The position numbers and the translations under genes were made by a program. Under the pieces are notes generated by a model. The model saw only the letters and a program-made list of their open reading frames with translations, did no database searches and was not told where the DNA came from. A stretch of 55,092 nt of DNA, from positions 1 to 55,092 of the forward strand of contig CAYJRR010000009.1 of the NCBI GenBank assembly GCA_964372275.1, written 5' to 3'. Below are positions 14,373 to 23,529 of the stretch, one piece after another (position 1 is the first letter of the stretch; every line of letters begins with the position of its first letter). The DNA comes from an uncultured bacterium. Lineage in GTDB: Bacteria; CAYJRR01.

Positions 14373-15439
14373 GCGGGAGAGGTAGACGACGGGGATCCGA
14401 GTGTCAACGTGTCGTCCGCGCCGCCGGCGGCCGCGATGGTGATCGCGGAATGGCGGACGGAACCGGCGGCGGCCCGGTCCTCGACGTCGAGCCAGAACGC
14501 CATCCCCGGATTGACGAGCTCCACCATCCCCACCGGTCCGTCGAATCCGTTGGGATAGCTCTCCTCGGCGACCCGCACGCTGCCGGTCACGAATCCGGCG
14601 AGGACGCGGCGGATCCCCGGGTCGTCCGACGCGGGCCGTTCCCACACGACGTCCTGGGAGAAGACGAGGTGCCAGGCGTACTCCGCCTGCTCGAAGACGA
14701 CGGACGATCCCTGGGCCGATCCCGGGAACGGAGCCGTCTCGAAGCCGTTGTCGACGAACGCGGCGTCGTCGCCGGTGGTGATCCGTCCGCCTCCCGTCGA
14801 GGCGAGCGAAAAGAGGCGCAACGACTGCCCGCGGGGTCCGAGCCCCCCTTTGGGGACCATCGGCAGCGGGCCGATGTCGAGGAACCAGACGAACCGCGTC
14901 CAGTCGCCCGCGGCCTCCGCGTCCTTCGCCGGATCGAGCGTCGCTCCGAGGTCCCGGGGCCGGGTGGTGAACCAGGCGACGCTGCTGGGGGAGATGTCGC
15001 ACTCCCCGTGCTCCGGATCGTGGTACCGGCCGGAGACGATCGTGCCGACCAGCGTCCGCTCGTGGAAGCGGAGATCGTCGCGGATCCGGCCGCGGAAGCG
15101 CCAATCGACTGGCGCCGAGAACGGATCGGGACGGAGGAACCGGAGCGACACGACGTCGCCGAGCCGTTCCCCGAAGGCCACCTGCCGCCCGGCCCACGTG
15201 ACCCGGACCTGCCCGCGCGACTCCTCGAACCGGAACGTCTGCCCTTCGACGTTGACGGGGTAGAGGAGGTCCCGCGTGTGCAGCTCGTCCGGATCGTCTT
15301 CGCAGGCGACGGCGAGGTGGAACGCGGCCCGCAAATACTCCCCGTCGAGCGGGAGCCGCTCGCCGCCGCCGCACCCCGTGGCCAGCGGAAGCAGGAGAGC
15401 CGCGGCGTTTCGTCGCGGGACCGGGGAGGCACGGCGCAT
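14321..15439 (-). CDS. Hypothetical lipoprotein
   Basis: Signal MRR...AAALLLPLATG-C. No recognised domain. The 3' end overlaps the ECH gene by 52 nt. Confidence 0.6.
   Translation of the reverse strand: MRRASPVPRRNAAALLLPLATGCGGGERLPLDGEYLRAAFHLAVACEDDPDELHTRDLLYPVNVEGQTFRFEESRGQVRVTWAGRQVAFGERLGDVVSLRFLRPDPFSAPVDWRFRGRIRDDLRFHERTLVGTIVSGRYHDPEHGECDISPSSVAWFTTRPRDLGATLDPAKDAEAAGDWTRFVWFLDIGPLPMVPKGGLGPRGQSLRLFSLASTGGGRITTGDDAAFVDNGFETAPFPGSAQGSSVVFEQAEYAWHLVFSQDVVWERPASDDPGIRRVLAGFVTGSVRVAEESYPNGFDGPVGMVELVNPGMAFWLDVEDRAAAGSVRHSAITIAAAGGADDTLTLGSPSSTSPACLFASTSPATASPCSR
14379..14407 (-). promoter_or_regulatory. Sigma-70-type promoter giving a leaderless ECH transcript
   Basis: Minus strand reads TTGACA-N17-TACCTC-N6-ATG(14372). 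Confidence 0.55.
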
Positions 15440-15494
15440 CGACGTTCGAGTCTACCGCAGCGGCCTGGCGCCCACGGGTGGTATAACGCAGGCC

Positions 15495-17006
15495 TTGCGC
15501 ATCCACGTCGGCAACTCGAGGCCCGCCAGCCTCCTCTCGATCCTCCTCCGTCCCGTCCCCCCGGAGACGAAGGCGAACCTCGCGCGCGCCTGGGCGCGGC
15601 TCCCGGAGTGGCTGCGGACGGCCCAACAGATGTACGGACGCCACGCGGAAGGGTGCGGCGCGACGATCGGCGCGATGCCGCGCTGCGACTTCGCCTGCAC
15701 CGGCTGCTACCTCGGCGAGGAGGCGAATCAGATTCCGCCGCAGCCGATCGAGGAGATCAAGGCGCAGATCCGTCGGCTCCGACCCACGCTGGGCTACAAG
15801 GGGAACCTGCAGCTCACCGACGGCGAGATCACCCTCCGGCCGGCCGAGGAGGTGATCGAGCTCCTGCGGTATTCGTACGAAATCGGACTGATCCCGATGG
15901 TGATGACCCACGGCGATACCTTCCGTCGCCAACCGGGGCTCTTGAAGCGCCTGGTCGCGGAAGGCGGGATGCGCGAGGTCTCGATCCACGTCGACACCAC
16001 GCAGCGTGGGCGGAAGGGGGCGGCCTACAAGAACGCGCGGACCGAGGAGGCGCTCAACCCGCTCCGGGACGAGTTCGCCGGGATGCTGCGCGCCGTCCGC
16101 CGCGAGACCGGCGCGTTCGTGCAGGCGGCGACGACGATGACGGTCGAGCCCGGGAACCTCGACGGCGTGCCGGCCGTGATGCGCTGGCTCACGCGCAACG
16201 CCGACGTCTTCAAGATGATCAGCTTCCAGCCGATGGCGCAGGTCGGGCGGACGGTCGACGGGCTGGGGGGCGGGGTCGAGGTCGACCGGCTCTGGGAGAA
16301 GATCGCCGAGGGCCTCTACGGTCCGGAGGCCGATCCGCGGGAGCTGACCCGCGGTCAGATGTGGTTGGGTCACTCGGCCTGCAACCGTTACGTTCCCGGC
16401 TACGTCGTCCGGCAGGAGGGGAGCGAGCCGGTCTTCCGTCCGGCGCGCGTCTCGGGGGACCCGATCGACGAGGCCTCCGGCGAGCGCTTCTGGCGGAGGT
16501 TCGGCGGATTGAGCTTCCGTGGCGACTCCCGCGCGCAGGCGATGGCGCGCGCCGTCGGGGTGGTGGCGCGCGCGGTCGACCTGATCGTCCGCGATCGTGG
16601 GCGCTACGTACCGCACCTGTTGCGCCGCCTCGATCCGGCGCGCCCCGGTCGACTGCTGCTCCGGTGGATCCGGGGCCGGGCGAAGGTGAACGGCCTGCTG
16701 ATCGTCAGTCACCACTTCATGGGGAAGGAGCAGGTCGCGACGCCGGCCGGCCGGGAGCGGATCGACCTGTGCGTCTTCCACGTGCCGGTCGGCGATCGGC
16801 TGGTCTCGATGTGCGAGGTCAACGCCACCGGAATCCGCGATGCCTACTACGAGGACATCCGCGCGGGGCGGGTTCCCGGTTCGACGCCGGTTCTGCGGGG
16901 ACATCCGGCCTTGCCGGTCTTCGTCGCGTCGGCAGCCGGACCGGGCGGCGCGGCCGGGACCGCGGCCGCGGCCGACTCCGATACCGCGACTGCGGCCGAG
17001 GGATGA
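15495..17006 (+). CDS. Radical SAM protein, distantly Tes/GDGT-MAS (MJ0619)-like
   Basis: CDFACTGC cluster motif plus SFQPMAQVGR, GHSAC, HHFM and ERIDLCVFHV...SMCEVNA. Start (TTG 15495, just after TGGTATAAC) is uncertain. Confidence 0.85.
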   Translation: MRIHVGNSRPASLLSILLRPVPPETKANLARAWARLPEWLRTAQQMYGRHAEGCGATIGAMPRCDFACTGCYLGEEANQIPPQPIEEIKAQIRRLRPTLGYKGNLQLTDGEITLRPAEEVIELLRYSYEIGLIPMVMTHGDTFRRQPGLLKRLVAEGGMREVSIHVDTTQRGRKGAAYKNARTEEALNPLRDEFAGMLRAVRRETGAFVQAATTMTVEPGNLDGVPAVMRWLTRNADVFKMISFQPMAQVGRTVDGLGGGVEVDRLWEKIAEGLYGPEADPRELTRGQMWLGHSACNRYVPGYVVRQEGSEPVFRPARVSGDPIDEASGERFWRRFGGLSFRGDSRAQAMARAVGVVARAVDLIVRDRGRYVPHLLRRLDPARPGRLLLRWIRGRAKVNGLLIVSHHFMGKEQVATPAGRERIDLCVFHVPVGDRLVSMCEVNATGIRDAYYEDIRAGRVPGSTPVLRGHPALPVFVASAAGPGGAAGTAAAADSDTATAAEG

Positions 17007-17890
17007 CCCTCCTGCAGCGGCCGACGCCGGAGGGTCCTCGCTCGGCCGCCGGAACGGTCTCCGTGGCGACCGCGGCGCCGCTCTTCGTCAGTTCCGACAA
17101 CGGACTCGGCAGTCCGTTCGGCGATGTCGACGACGCCTTCGCGATCGCGGCGCTGCTCCGGGGAGGCGCGCCGATCGCCGCGCTGGCGAGCGTCTTCGGG
17201 AACACCTCCGAGCGGAGAGCCGCCGCAAACCACGCGCGCCTGGCCGCCCTGTGCGGCTATGCCGGTCCGCTTCTTCGGGGCGCGGGCCGACGCCGCGTCC
17301 GGTCGAGCGAGGCCGCCCGTGCCCTCGCCGGCAGCCCGACCGCGGTTCGCGTTCTCGCCCTCGGTCCGCTGACCGACGTCGCCGCGGCGATCGACCTCGG
17401 CACGGCGGCCGTTCGCGGCGCCCTCGCCGAAGTGATCGCCGTCGGCGGCAATCGCACGTCGCACGGCCGCTGGCCGCCGGTCTGGCCGCACGAGTTCAAC
17501 TTCACGCAGGACCTCGCGGCGACCCGGGCGCTCGTCGAATCCGACGTGCCGTGGACGATCCTCCCGCTCGACGTCACCCGGCGGCTGCGAGCCGGACCGC
17601 GCGATCTTGCGATGGTGGGCGGCGCCGTCGGCGACTACTTGCGCCGCGGCGCGCGCAGGTGGCTCTGGCGCGCGCGCCTTCTGAAGGGATCGAACGCCTT
17701 TCCGGTCTGGGACCTGGTCGCGGCGCTCTACGCCCTCGACCCGGCGCCGTTCCGCGTCGAGCGCGATCGCGTCACCTGGCACCGCGGCGGCTGGCTCGAG
17801 TTCGGGCGGGGCTCGCGGGAGGTCTCCGTCGTCGCCGGCTTCGATCCGATCGCCGCGTGGCGTCGGGCCGCCGATCTCCTCGGCCGGTGA
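17003..17890 (+). CDS. Inosine/uridine-preferring nucleoside hydrolase family protein (divergent)
   Basis: DVDDAFA, SVFGN, LALGPLTDVA, EFNF..D, PLDVT and VWDLVA motifs. ATGA overlap with the radical SAM stop. Confidence 0.8.
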   Translation: MTLLQRPTPEGPRSAAGTVSVATAAPLFVSSDNGLGSPFGDVDDAFAIAALLRGGAPIAALASVFGNTSERRAAANHARLAALCGYAGPLLRGAGRRRVRSSEAARALAGSPTAVRVLALGPLTDVAAAIDLGTAAVRGALAEVIAVGGNRTSHGRWPPVWPHEFNFTQDLAATRALVESDVPWTILPLDVTRRLRAGPRDLAMVGGAVGDYLRRGARRWLWRARLLKGSNAFPVWDLVAALYALDPAPFRVERDRVTWHRGGWLEFGRGSREVSVVAGFDPIAAWRRAADLLGR

Positions 17891-17908
17891 CGCGCGCCGC
17901 CCGGAGGG

Positions 17909-18994
17909 TCACTCGCGGCGGACGGCCCGCCGCAGCGACCGCACGTAGTGGAGCGGCTGTCCTCGCCAGGCCCTCTCGCTGGAGCTCTTGCCGAAGCGGC
18001 CGCCGAGTTCGCCCAGGAAGGTGTAGACGATCCGCGTCCTCCCTGGGCCGTCCGGCTCGATCCGGGTCTCCCCTTCGACGCGCTCGATGCGCACGCCGAC
18101 GCCCGGTGGATCGTCGCTCCGGGCGTCGTTGCGCCAGCGAAGCGTGGCTCGGTCACCGGATGGGTCCCGCGTCCACGAATACGCGACGACCGCATCGCGG
18201 GGACGAAGCGGCCACGGATAGGGCCAGACCAGGTGCAACCGGGCCCCTTCGCCTTCGGAGAGCGGACCGAGGACGGTGACCGCCTTCAACACCGGGTCGA
18301 ACGTCGCCCGGTAGCGCGCGAAGTCGGCGAGGTGGGTCGCGACCGCCGCGGGGGGCGCATCGATCGTGGCGGTGGCGCGAATCCAGGGAGCTCCCTCCGG
18401 TACGCGGGCGATCTCCACCGCGATCCCGTCCTCTTCGAACCACGGGCGGAAGTCGCCGGCCGGCGGTTCGGCCCCGGCGGGCGAGGAGGCGGCCGCGAAT
18501 ACCCCGAGCATCGCGATCGTCGCCGCCGGCCCCGCGCCGCGCGCCGGCCCTCGCGGCGCCAGCCGCCACAGCAGACCGGAGAGCAGGACCAGCACCACGT
18601 CCTCCAGCGGCGAGTACCAGCGGAGCGGCCGCGCGAGGAAGACGCCGAAGCAACCGCAGTTCGGGATCTCGAGGCCGCGGGCGAGCGCGATCGAGAGCCA
18701 CGCGCCGTACCCCGCGTTGGAGGCGACGAGCAACAGGGCCGCCTCGCGTAGCCGGAAGCCGGCCAGGGTCCAGAGCCCGAGCGCGATCTCGACGGCGGCG
18801 ACCGCGACGGCGAGCGGCAGCTGGGCCGCCGGCGGGAGGACGCGATAGGTGTCCAGCACCGCCGCGAACCCGGCGAGGTCGAGCGCCTTCCCCACCCCCG
18901 CGCCGAGCGTCACCACCCCCAGGACCGCGCGGAGCCCCGTGCGCGTCCAGGCCGTGCGGCGTGTCTCCGGGATGCCGCCGATCGCGGAGGTCAC
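17909..18994 (-). CDS. MauE/DoxX-like membrane domain fused to a START/SRPBCC lipid-binding domain
   Basis: N-terminal transmembrane helices with LARGLEIPNCGCFG. C-terminal PWPLRPRDAVV and ELGG START motifs. Confidence 0.75.
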   Translation of the reverse strand: MTSAIGGIPETRRTAWTRTGLRAVLGVVTLGAGVGKALDLAGFAAVLDTYRVLPPAAQLPLAVAVAAVEIALGLWTLAGFRLREAALLLVASNAGYGAWLSIALARGLEIPNCGCFGVFLARPLRWYSPLEDVVLVLLSGLLWRLAPRGPARGAGPAATIAMLGVFAAASSPAGAEPPAGDFRPWFEEDGIAVEIARVPEGAPWIRATATIDAPPAAVATHLADFARYRATFDPVLKAVTVLGPLSEGEGARLHLVWPYPWPLRPRDAVVAYSWTRDPSGDRATLRWRNDARSDDPPGVGVRIERVEGETRIEPDGPGRTRIVYTFLGELGGRFGKSSSERAWRGQPLHYVRSLRRAVRRE

Positions 18995-19749
18995 GGGCGG
19001 TTCAGCGTCCAGTCGTAGGGGATGAACTCGACCCGGTAGTCGCCGGGGATCTTCCGCTCGCGGTAGCGGTTCGCGTAGGCGATCAGCGACGGCTCGGCCG
19101 CGAGGAAGTCCTCGGTGTAGAACTTCAGGATCGACGAGAGCCTCACGGTCTTGCGTCCGTCGTCGACCTGGACGTTCCGCTCCTCGTTGAGGAACAGGAC
19201 CGCGCCCTCCTCGAGCTGCTTCTCCAGCGACGCCGCGCGATACGGTTCCTGCGGGAGCCGCGGGCAGCCGCGCACCATGCAGTTGAGGGCGAAGTGGATC
19301 CGCGGCTCACCGAACGGGCGGATGACGTCGTTCTCGTACGCGTAGAGCGACATCGGCGCGCCGTCGATCGCGAGCGTCGTCAGGAAGAAGAAGCGGATCT
19401 TGTCGACCGGCCGGACGTCGTTGGTGACGGCGTTGAACATCGCCAACGCGTTGTAGGTGTTCAGGTGATAGGCGAGCGCGTCCTCCTTGGACGGAAAGGC
19501 CGCCGGCGTCGAGCGCGGGCCGTTCGCCGCCGCCCACGCGACGTAGGCGTGGAGGTCGGCGGGCTCGCGCGTCACCCGGTCGAAGTCGATCCGGCCGCGC
19601 CCGTCGACGTTCGCCGCCAGCACGCGACCCCAGGCCTGGTACGCGGCATCGGCCGAGGGAAGGGGGGCGTGCGCCGGGACCGGCGGCGGCAGCCGGCGGA
19701 CGCATCCGGCGAGCGACAGGAACAGTGTCAGCGCGGCGAGGAGCCTCAC
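18991..19749 (-). CDS. DUF547 domain lipoprotein
   Basis: Lipobox LAGC plus LAYHLNTYNA, EPRIHFALNC..GCP, LSSILKFY.EDF and YDWTLN. GTG start overlaps the ALDH stop. Confidence 0.88.
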   Translation of the reverse strand: MRLLAALTLFLSLAGCVRRLPPPVPAHAPLPSADAAYQAWGRVLAANVDGRGRIDFDRVTREPADLHAYVAWAAANGPRSTPAAFPSKEDALAYHLNTYNALAMFNAVTNDVRPVDKIRFFFLTTLAIDGAPMSLYAYENDVIRPFGEPRIHFALNCMVRGCPRLPQEPYRAASLEKQLEEGAVLFLNEERNVQVDDGRKTVRLSSILKFYTEDFLAAEPSLIAYANRYRERKIPGDYRVEFIPYDWTLNRP

Positions 19750-21218
19750 GACAGATCGATCCAGACGCTCTTGGTCTCGGTGTACTGCTCGAGCGCGTGC
19801 GCCCCCAGCTCGCGGCCGAAGCCGCTCTGCTTGAAGCCGCCGAACGGAAGCCCCGGATCGTAGAGGTTGTAGGCGTTGACCCAGACCGTTCCGGCGCGAA
19901 TCGCCTTCGCCGCGCGGATCGCCTTCTTCACATCGCGGGTCCAGATCCCGGCAGCGAGCCCGTAGACGGTGTCGTTCGCCTGGCGCACCACGTCGTCGAA
20001 GTCGTCGAAGGGGATCAACGTCGCCACCGGCCCGAAGATCTCTTCGCGGGCGATCCTCATCGCGTTGGTGGCGCCGCCGAAGACGGTCGGCTGCACGAAG
20101 AAACCCTTGCCGGTCCCGGCCCGCTCTCCCCCCGCCAGGAGCTTCGCCCCCTCCTTCTTCCCCGACTCGATGTAGGCGAGCACGGTGTCGAGCTGCCCCT
20201 TGGAGATCACCGGCCCCATCCGGGTCCCCTTGTCGCGTGGATCGCCGACCGTCATCGCGGCCGCCTTTTTCGCGATCCCCTCGGCGACCGGCTCGTAGAC
20301 CGCCTTCTCCACGAAGATGCGCGATCCGGCGGCGCACACCTCCCCCTTGTTGTAGAAGATCCCGGTCAGTGCGCCGCGGACGGCGGCTTCGGCGTCGGCG
20401 TCGGCGAAGACGACGTTGGGGCTCTTCCCGCCGAGCTCGACCGATACGCGCTTGATCGAGTCGGCGCACCCGCGCAGAACCCCTTTGCCAACTTCCGTCG
20501 AACCGGTGAAGGCGATCTTGTCGATCCCCGCGTGCTTCACCAGCGCCTCGCCAACCGATCGTCCGGGACCCGGAAGGACATTTAGAACGCCTTCCGGCAG
20601 CCCCGCCTCGAGCGCGATCTCGCCCAGCTTCAGCGCGGTCAGCGGCGTCAACTGCGCCGGCTTGAGCACGCAGGTGTTCCCCGCCGCGAGCGCCGGCGCG
20701 ATCTTCCAGGTGGCGAGCATCAGGGGGAAGTTCCACGGCGTGATCATCCCCACGACGCCGACCGGCTCGCGCAGGGTGAAGGCGAGTGCGTTTCCGCGCA
20801 CCGGGATCGTCTCGCCGTAGACCTTGTCGGCCCAGCCTCCGTAGTACTCGAAGATCTCCGCCGCCAGAGGCACCTCGACCTTCCCGGAGTCGAACAGCGT
20901 CTTTCCGGTGTCGGCCGTCTCGAGGTCGGCGAACAGCGGCAGATTCTTGCGGATCCCGTCGGCGATCCGCCGCAACACCTTTCCGCGCTCGACCGCCGCC
21001 ATCTTCGGCCACGGACCGGCATCGAACGCCTTCCGCGCCGCCGCGACTGCCCGCTCGACGTCCTCGCCGCCCGCCTCCGCGACCCGCGCCGTCACCTCCT
21101 CGGTGGCGGGGTTCACCGTCTCGAAGGTGCGGCCGGTGGAGGCGTCGAGCCACTGTCCGCCGATCAGGAGCTTGGTGGGGGGGAGGGCAAGCGGCGCGGC
21201 GGGGGAGGGGGCGGACAT
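19746..21218 (-). CDS. Aldehyde dehydrogenase
   Basis: PWNFP, FTGSTEVG, ELGGKSP, catalytic GEVCAAG, EEIFGPV and PFGGFKQSG motifs. Confidence 0.95.
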   Translation of the reverse strand: MSAPSPAAPLALPPTKLLIGGQWLDASTGRTFETVNPATEEVTARVAEAGGEDVERAVAAARKAFDAGPWPKMAAVERGKVLRRIADGIRKNLPLFADLETADTGKTLFDSGKVEVPLAAEIFEYYGGWADKVYGETIPVRGNALAFTLREPVGVVGMITPWNFPLMLATWKIAPALAAGNTCVLKPAQLTPLTALKLGEIALEAGLPEGVLNVLPGPGRSVGEALVKHAGIDKIAFTGSTEVGKGVLRGCADSIKRVSVELGGKSPNVVFADADAEAAVRGALTGIFYNKGEVCAAGSRIFVEKAVYEPVAEGIAKKAAAMTVGDPRDKGTRMGPVISKGQLDTVLAYIESGKKEGAKLLAGGERAGTGKGFFVQPTVFGGATNAMRIAREEIFGPVATLIPFDDFDDVVRQANDTVYGLAAGIWTRDVKKAIRAAKAIRAGTVWVNAYNLYDPGLPFGGFKQSGFGRELGAHALEQYTETKSVWIDLS

Positions 21219-21245
21219 GAGGGACCTCCGGAAAGGGGACGGAGG

Positions 21246-21274
21246 TTTGTAGCGGGAGGATCCGGGTGGGTCAA
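21246..21274 (-). promoter_or_regulatory. Putative sigma-70 promoter of the ALDH-DUF547-MauE/START operon
   Basis: Minus strand reads TTGACC-N17-TACAAA, followed by a GGAGG RBS. Confidence 0.4.
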
Positions 21275-21358
21275 GGAACGCGGCTGCGAGACCCCGCACG
21301 CCAACCGCAACCGGCGCGATGCTTGGCGCATCGCCCGAATTCGAAGATCCTCTCCATC

Positions 21359-21925
21359 GTGAAGAAGAGGAAGAGAACCGTCGCGCCGCGGACCGCCGCG
21401 GGACCCGCCGCACGCGCTTCGACCGCCCCGGCCAAGGAACCGCTCGTCGTCCTCCCCGGCCGCCCGCCCCGCGACTCCTTCGTCACCAAGACGGAGTTCG
21501 TGCTCCCGTCCGACGCGAACGCCCTCGGCACCGTCTTCGGCGGGCGGGTGATGGAGTGGATCGACATCGCCGCCGCCATCTCCGCCCAGCGTCACTGTCG
21601 AGGCACCGTCGTGACCGCCTCGATGGACGACCTGCACTTCGTGGCGCCGATCAAGGTCGGGATGGTGGTGGTGCTCAACGCGCAGGTGAACTACGCGGGG
21701 AGTACCAGCGTCGAGGTGGGGGTCGAGGTCTTCTCCGAGGACGCGCACTCGGGCGAGCGCCTGCGCTGCTGTCACGCCTTCCTCACCTTCGTCGCACTCG
21801 GCGATGACGGCCTCCCTCGCCACGTGCCGCCGCTGCATCCGGAGACGAGCGAGGAGCGCCGCCGCTACCAGGAGGCCGAGGAACGGCGCCGCTTCCGCTT
21901 GGAACGGCGCGACCGCTTCCGCTAG
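21359..21925 (+). CDS. Acyl-CoA thioesterase (YciA-like hotdog fold)
   Basis: VLPSDANALGTVFGGRVMEWID, VVTASMD and GSTSVEVGV motifs. Start uncertain. Confidence 0.9.
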   Translation: MKKRKRTVAPRTAAGPAARASTAPAKEPLVVLPGRPPRDSFVTKTEFVLPSDANALGTVFGGRVMEWIDIAAAISAQRHCRGTVVTASMDDLHFVAPIKVGMVVVLNAQVNYAGSTSVEVGVEVFSEDAHSGERLRCCHAFLTFVALGDDGLPRHVPPLHPETSEERRRYQEAEERRRFRLERRDRFR

Positions 21926-21938
21926 GATCGGCCCTTCC

Positions 21939-23201
21939 GTGACCGCTCCGACCGACTCCACGCCGACCGATCCCCGCCGACGGTGGTGCCTGGGGTTGCT
22001 TTCACTGGCGATCGTCGGCGCCGCCCTCGGCGGTCTGCTCACCTGGGAGCACTACGAACACCCCACGCTCCCGGGATGCGGCAAGGACGCCACCTTCGAT
22101 TGCGCGGCGGTCAACGCCAGCGAATATTCCGAGATCCGCGGCGTGCCGGTCGCCTTCCTGGGCCTGGTCGGCTACGTCGTCACCGCCGTTCTCGCCTGGA
22201 TGCGACTCCGCAAGGGCCCCCGTGAAGGGGGACCGTCGGTCGCCTACGCCTTCCTCTTCTCGGTCGGAGCGGTCGCCTTTTCGGGCTTCCTCTTCTACGT
22301 CTCGAAGTTCGTCCTGAAGAAGCTGTGCCTCTACTGCCTCGCGCTCTACGGCGTGAACCTCGGGCTCCTGATCACGAGCTGGGGGGCTCTCGGCGGGCCG
22401 TCCGCGCTTCTGCCCGCGCTGAAGGAGGACTGGGATCGGCAGCAGGCGAAGCGGCCGCTCGCCTACGGACTCGGGCTTGTCGTCGTCGCGCTCGTGCTCT
22501 GGGCGATCCTCCGGCCGGGGCCGTTCTTCAACGGTCCGGGCGAGACCCAGATCGCGGGTGCCGGCGCCAAGAAGGAGGTGGCCGAGCTGGCGCGTGAAGA
22601 GATCCTGGAAGCTCCGTATCTCGATCCGGGCGCCGCCCGCGCGCACGCAAAAGGCTCCTCCGGCGCAAAGCTGGTGATCGTCGAGTTCTCCGACTTCGAG
22701 TGTCCGGCCTGCAAGCGCGCGTCGACGGTGCTCGCGGAGTTCGTGAAGGAGCACCCGGGCGAGGTGCAGCTGTTCTACCGGCACTACCCGCTCGACATGG
22801 CGTGCAATCCGAAGATCACGCGTCCGAAGCACCCGAACGCCTGTCTCGCGGCGGCGGCGGCCGAGGCGGCCGGCCGGCAGGAGAAGTTCTGGCCGATGCA
22901 CGACCTGCTCTTCGCCGCGCAGCCGGACGTCTCTCGCGCCAAGATCCTGGAGATGGCCAAGTCGCTCGCGCTCGACCTGCCGAGGTTTGAGAAGGACATG
23001 GCCGACATGGACATCGCGGCCAAGGTCGCCGACGACGTCGTCATCGCCGACCAGGTCGGCGTCGCCTCCACGCCGACCCTGTTCGTCAACGGCCGGATGA
23101 TCGCCGGCGGTCGACCCAAGGAGATCCTCTCGATCTGGTTGTCGATGGCGGCGTCGGGCGAGCTCGACCCCCCGACGGCACGGGCGTCGGCCACGCCGTA
23201 G
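21939..23201 (+). CDS. VKOR-DsbA fusion (disulfide bond formation)
   Basis: VKOR loop cysteines (GC...FDCAAV..SEYS) and CLYC, then a DsbA domain with EFSDFECPAC and STPTLFVNG. Confidence 0.9.
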   Translation: MTAPTDSTPTDPRRRWCLGLLSLAIVGAALGGLLTWEHYEHPTLPGCGKDATFDCAAVNASEYSEIRGVPVAFLGLVGYVVTAVLAWMRLRKGPREGGPSVAYAFLFSVGAVAFSGFLFYVSKFVLKKLCLYCLALYGVNLGLLITSWGALGGPSALLPALKEDWDRQQAKRPLAYGLGLVVVALVLWAILRPGPFFNGPGETQIAGAGAKKEVAELAREEILEAPYLDPGAARAHAKGSSGAKLVIVEFSDFECPACKRASTVLAEFVKEHPGEVQLFYRHYPLDMACNPKITRPKHPNACLAAAAAEAAGRQEKFWPMHDLLFAAQPDVSRAKILEMAKSLALDLPRFEKDMADMDIAAKVADDVVIADQVGVASTPTLFVNGRMIAGGRPKEILSIWLSMAASGELDPPTARASATP

Positions 23202-23393
23202 GGCGGGACCTCGGACCGATGTCCGACGGTGGAAGAGGGTACCGTCACTTTCCGAATCGCCGCTGCGCCAGGATGGCGTGGTCCTGGAGCGACCTCGTCG
23301 CCACACCGATCACTTCGCCGTTCAACCGTGCGTTTCGGCGATCGTTGCGACGAGCACCCATTCAGGTTGGATGGCGACTCGGTGCCGCAGTCG

Positions 23394-23414
23394 ATCGCGA
23401 CACTCTGTCGCGAT
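23394..23414. promoter_or_regulatory. Palindrome, candidate enhancer (UAS) for a sigma-54 activator
   Basis: ATCGCGACA-CTC-TGTCGCGAT, about 90-110 bp upstream of the -24 element at 23501. Confidence 0.35.
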
Positions 23415-23499
23415 GTCGCCGGGCTCGACGGCCTCGGTCGGCGCAGCGGAAAAGCTCCAGTCTTTTCAAGCCTCTTTGGCGGATGGATTCAACCGTAAC

Positions 23500-23515
23500 C
23501 GGTACGGTAGTTGCT
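23500..23515 (+). promoter_or_regulatory. Putative sigma-54 (-24/-12) promoter
   Basis: CGGTACGGTAGTTGCT (GG-N10-GC with TTGC), 14 nt before ATG 23530. Confidence 0.5.
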
Positions 23516-23529
23516 GCGGTCGAAGGGCA

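Noticed and set aside
13590-16904. 1104-aa minus-strand ORF
   Set aside because: Only the last 260 aa (ECH) are real; the rest is shadow of the lipoprotein and radical SAM genes.
14450-17890. 1146-aa plus-strand ORF
   Set aside because: Only 17003-17890 (hydrolase) looks coding; the rest is Arg/Gly-rich off-frame sequence.
18991-21153. 720-aa ORF suggesting a long DUF547 fusion
   Set aside because: The N-terminal part is an alternative frame of ALDH; the real start is GTG 19749.
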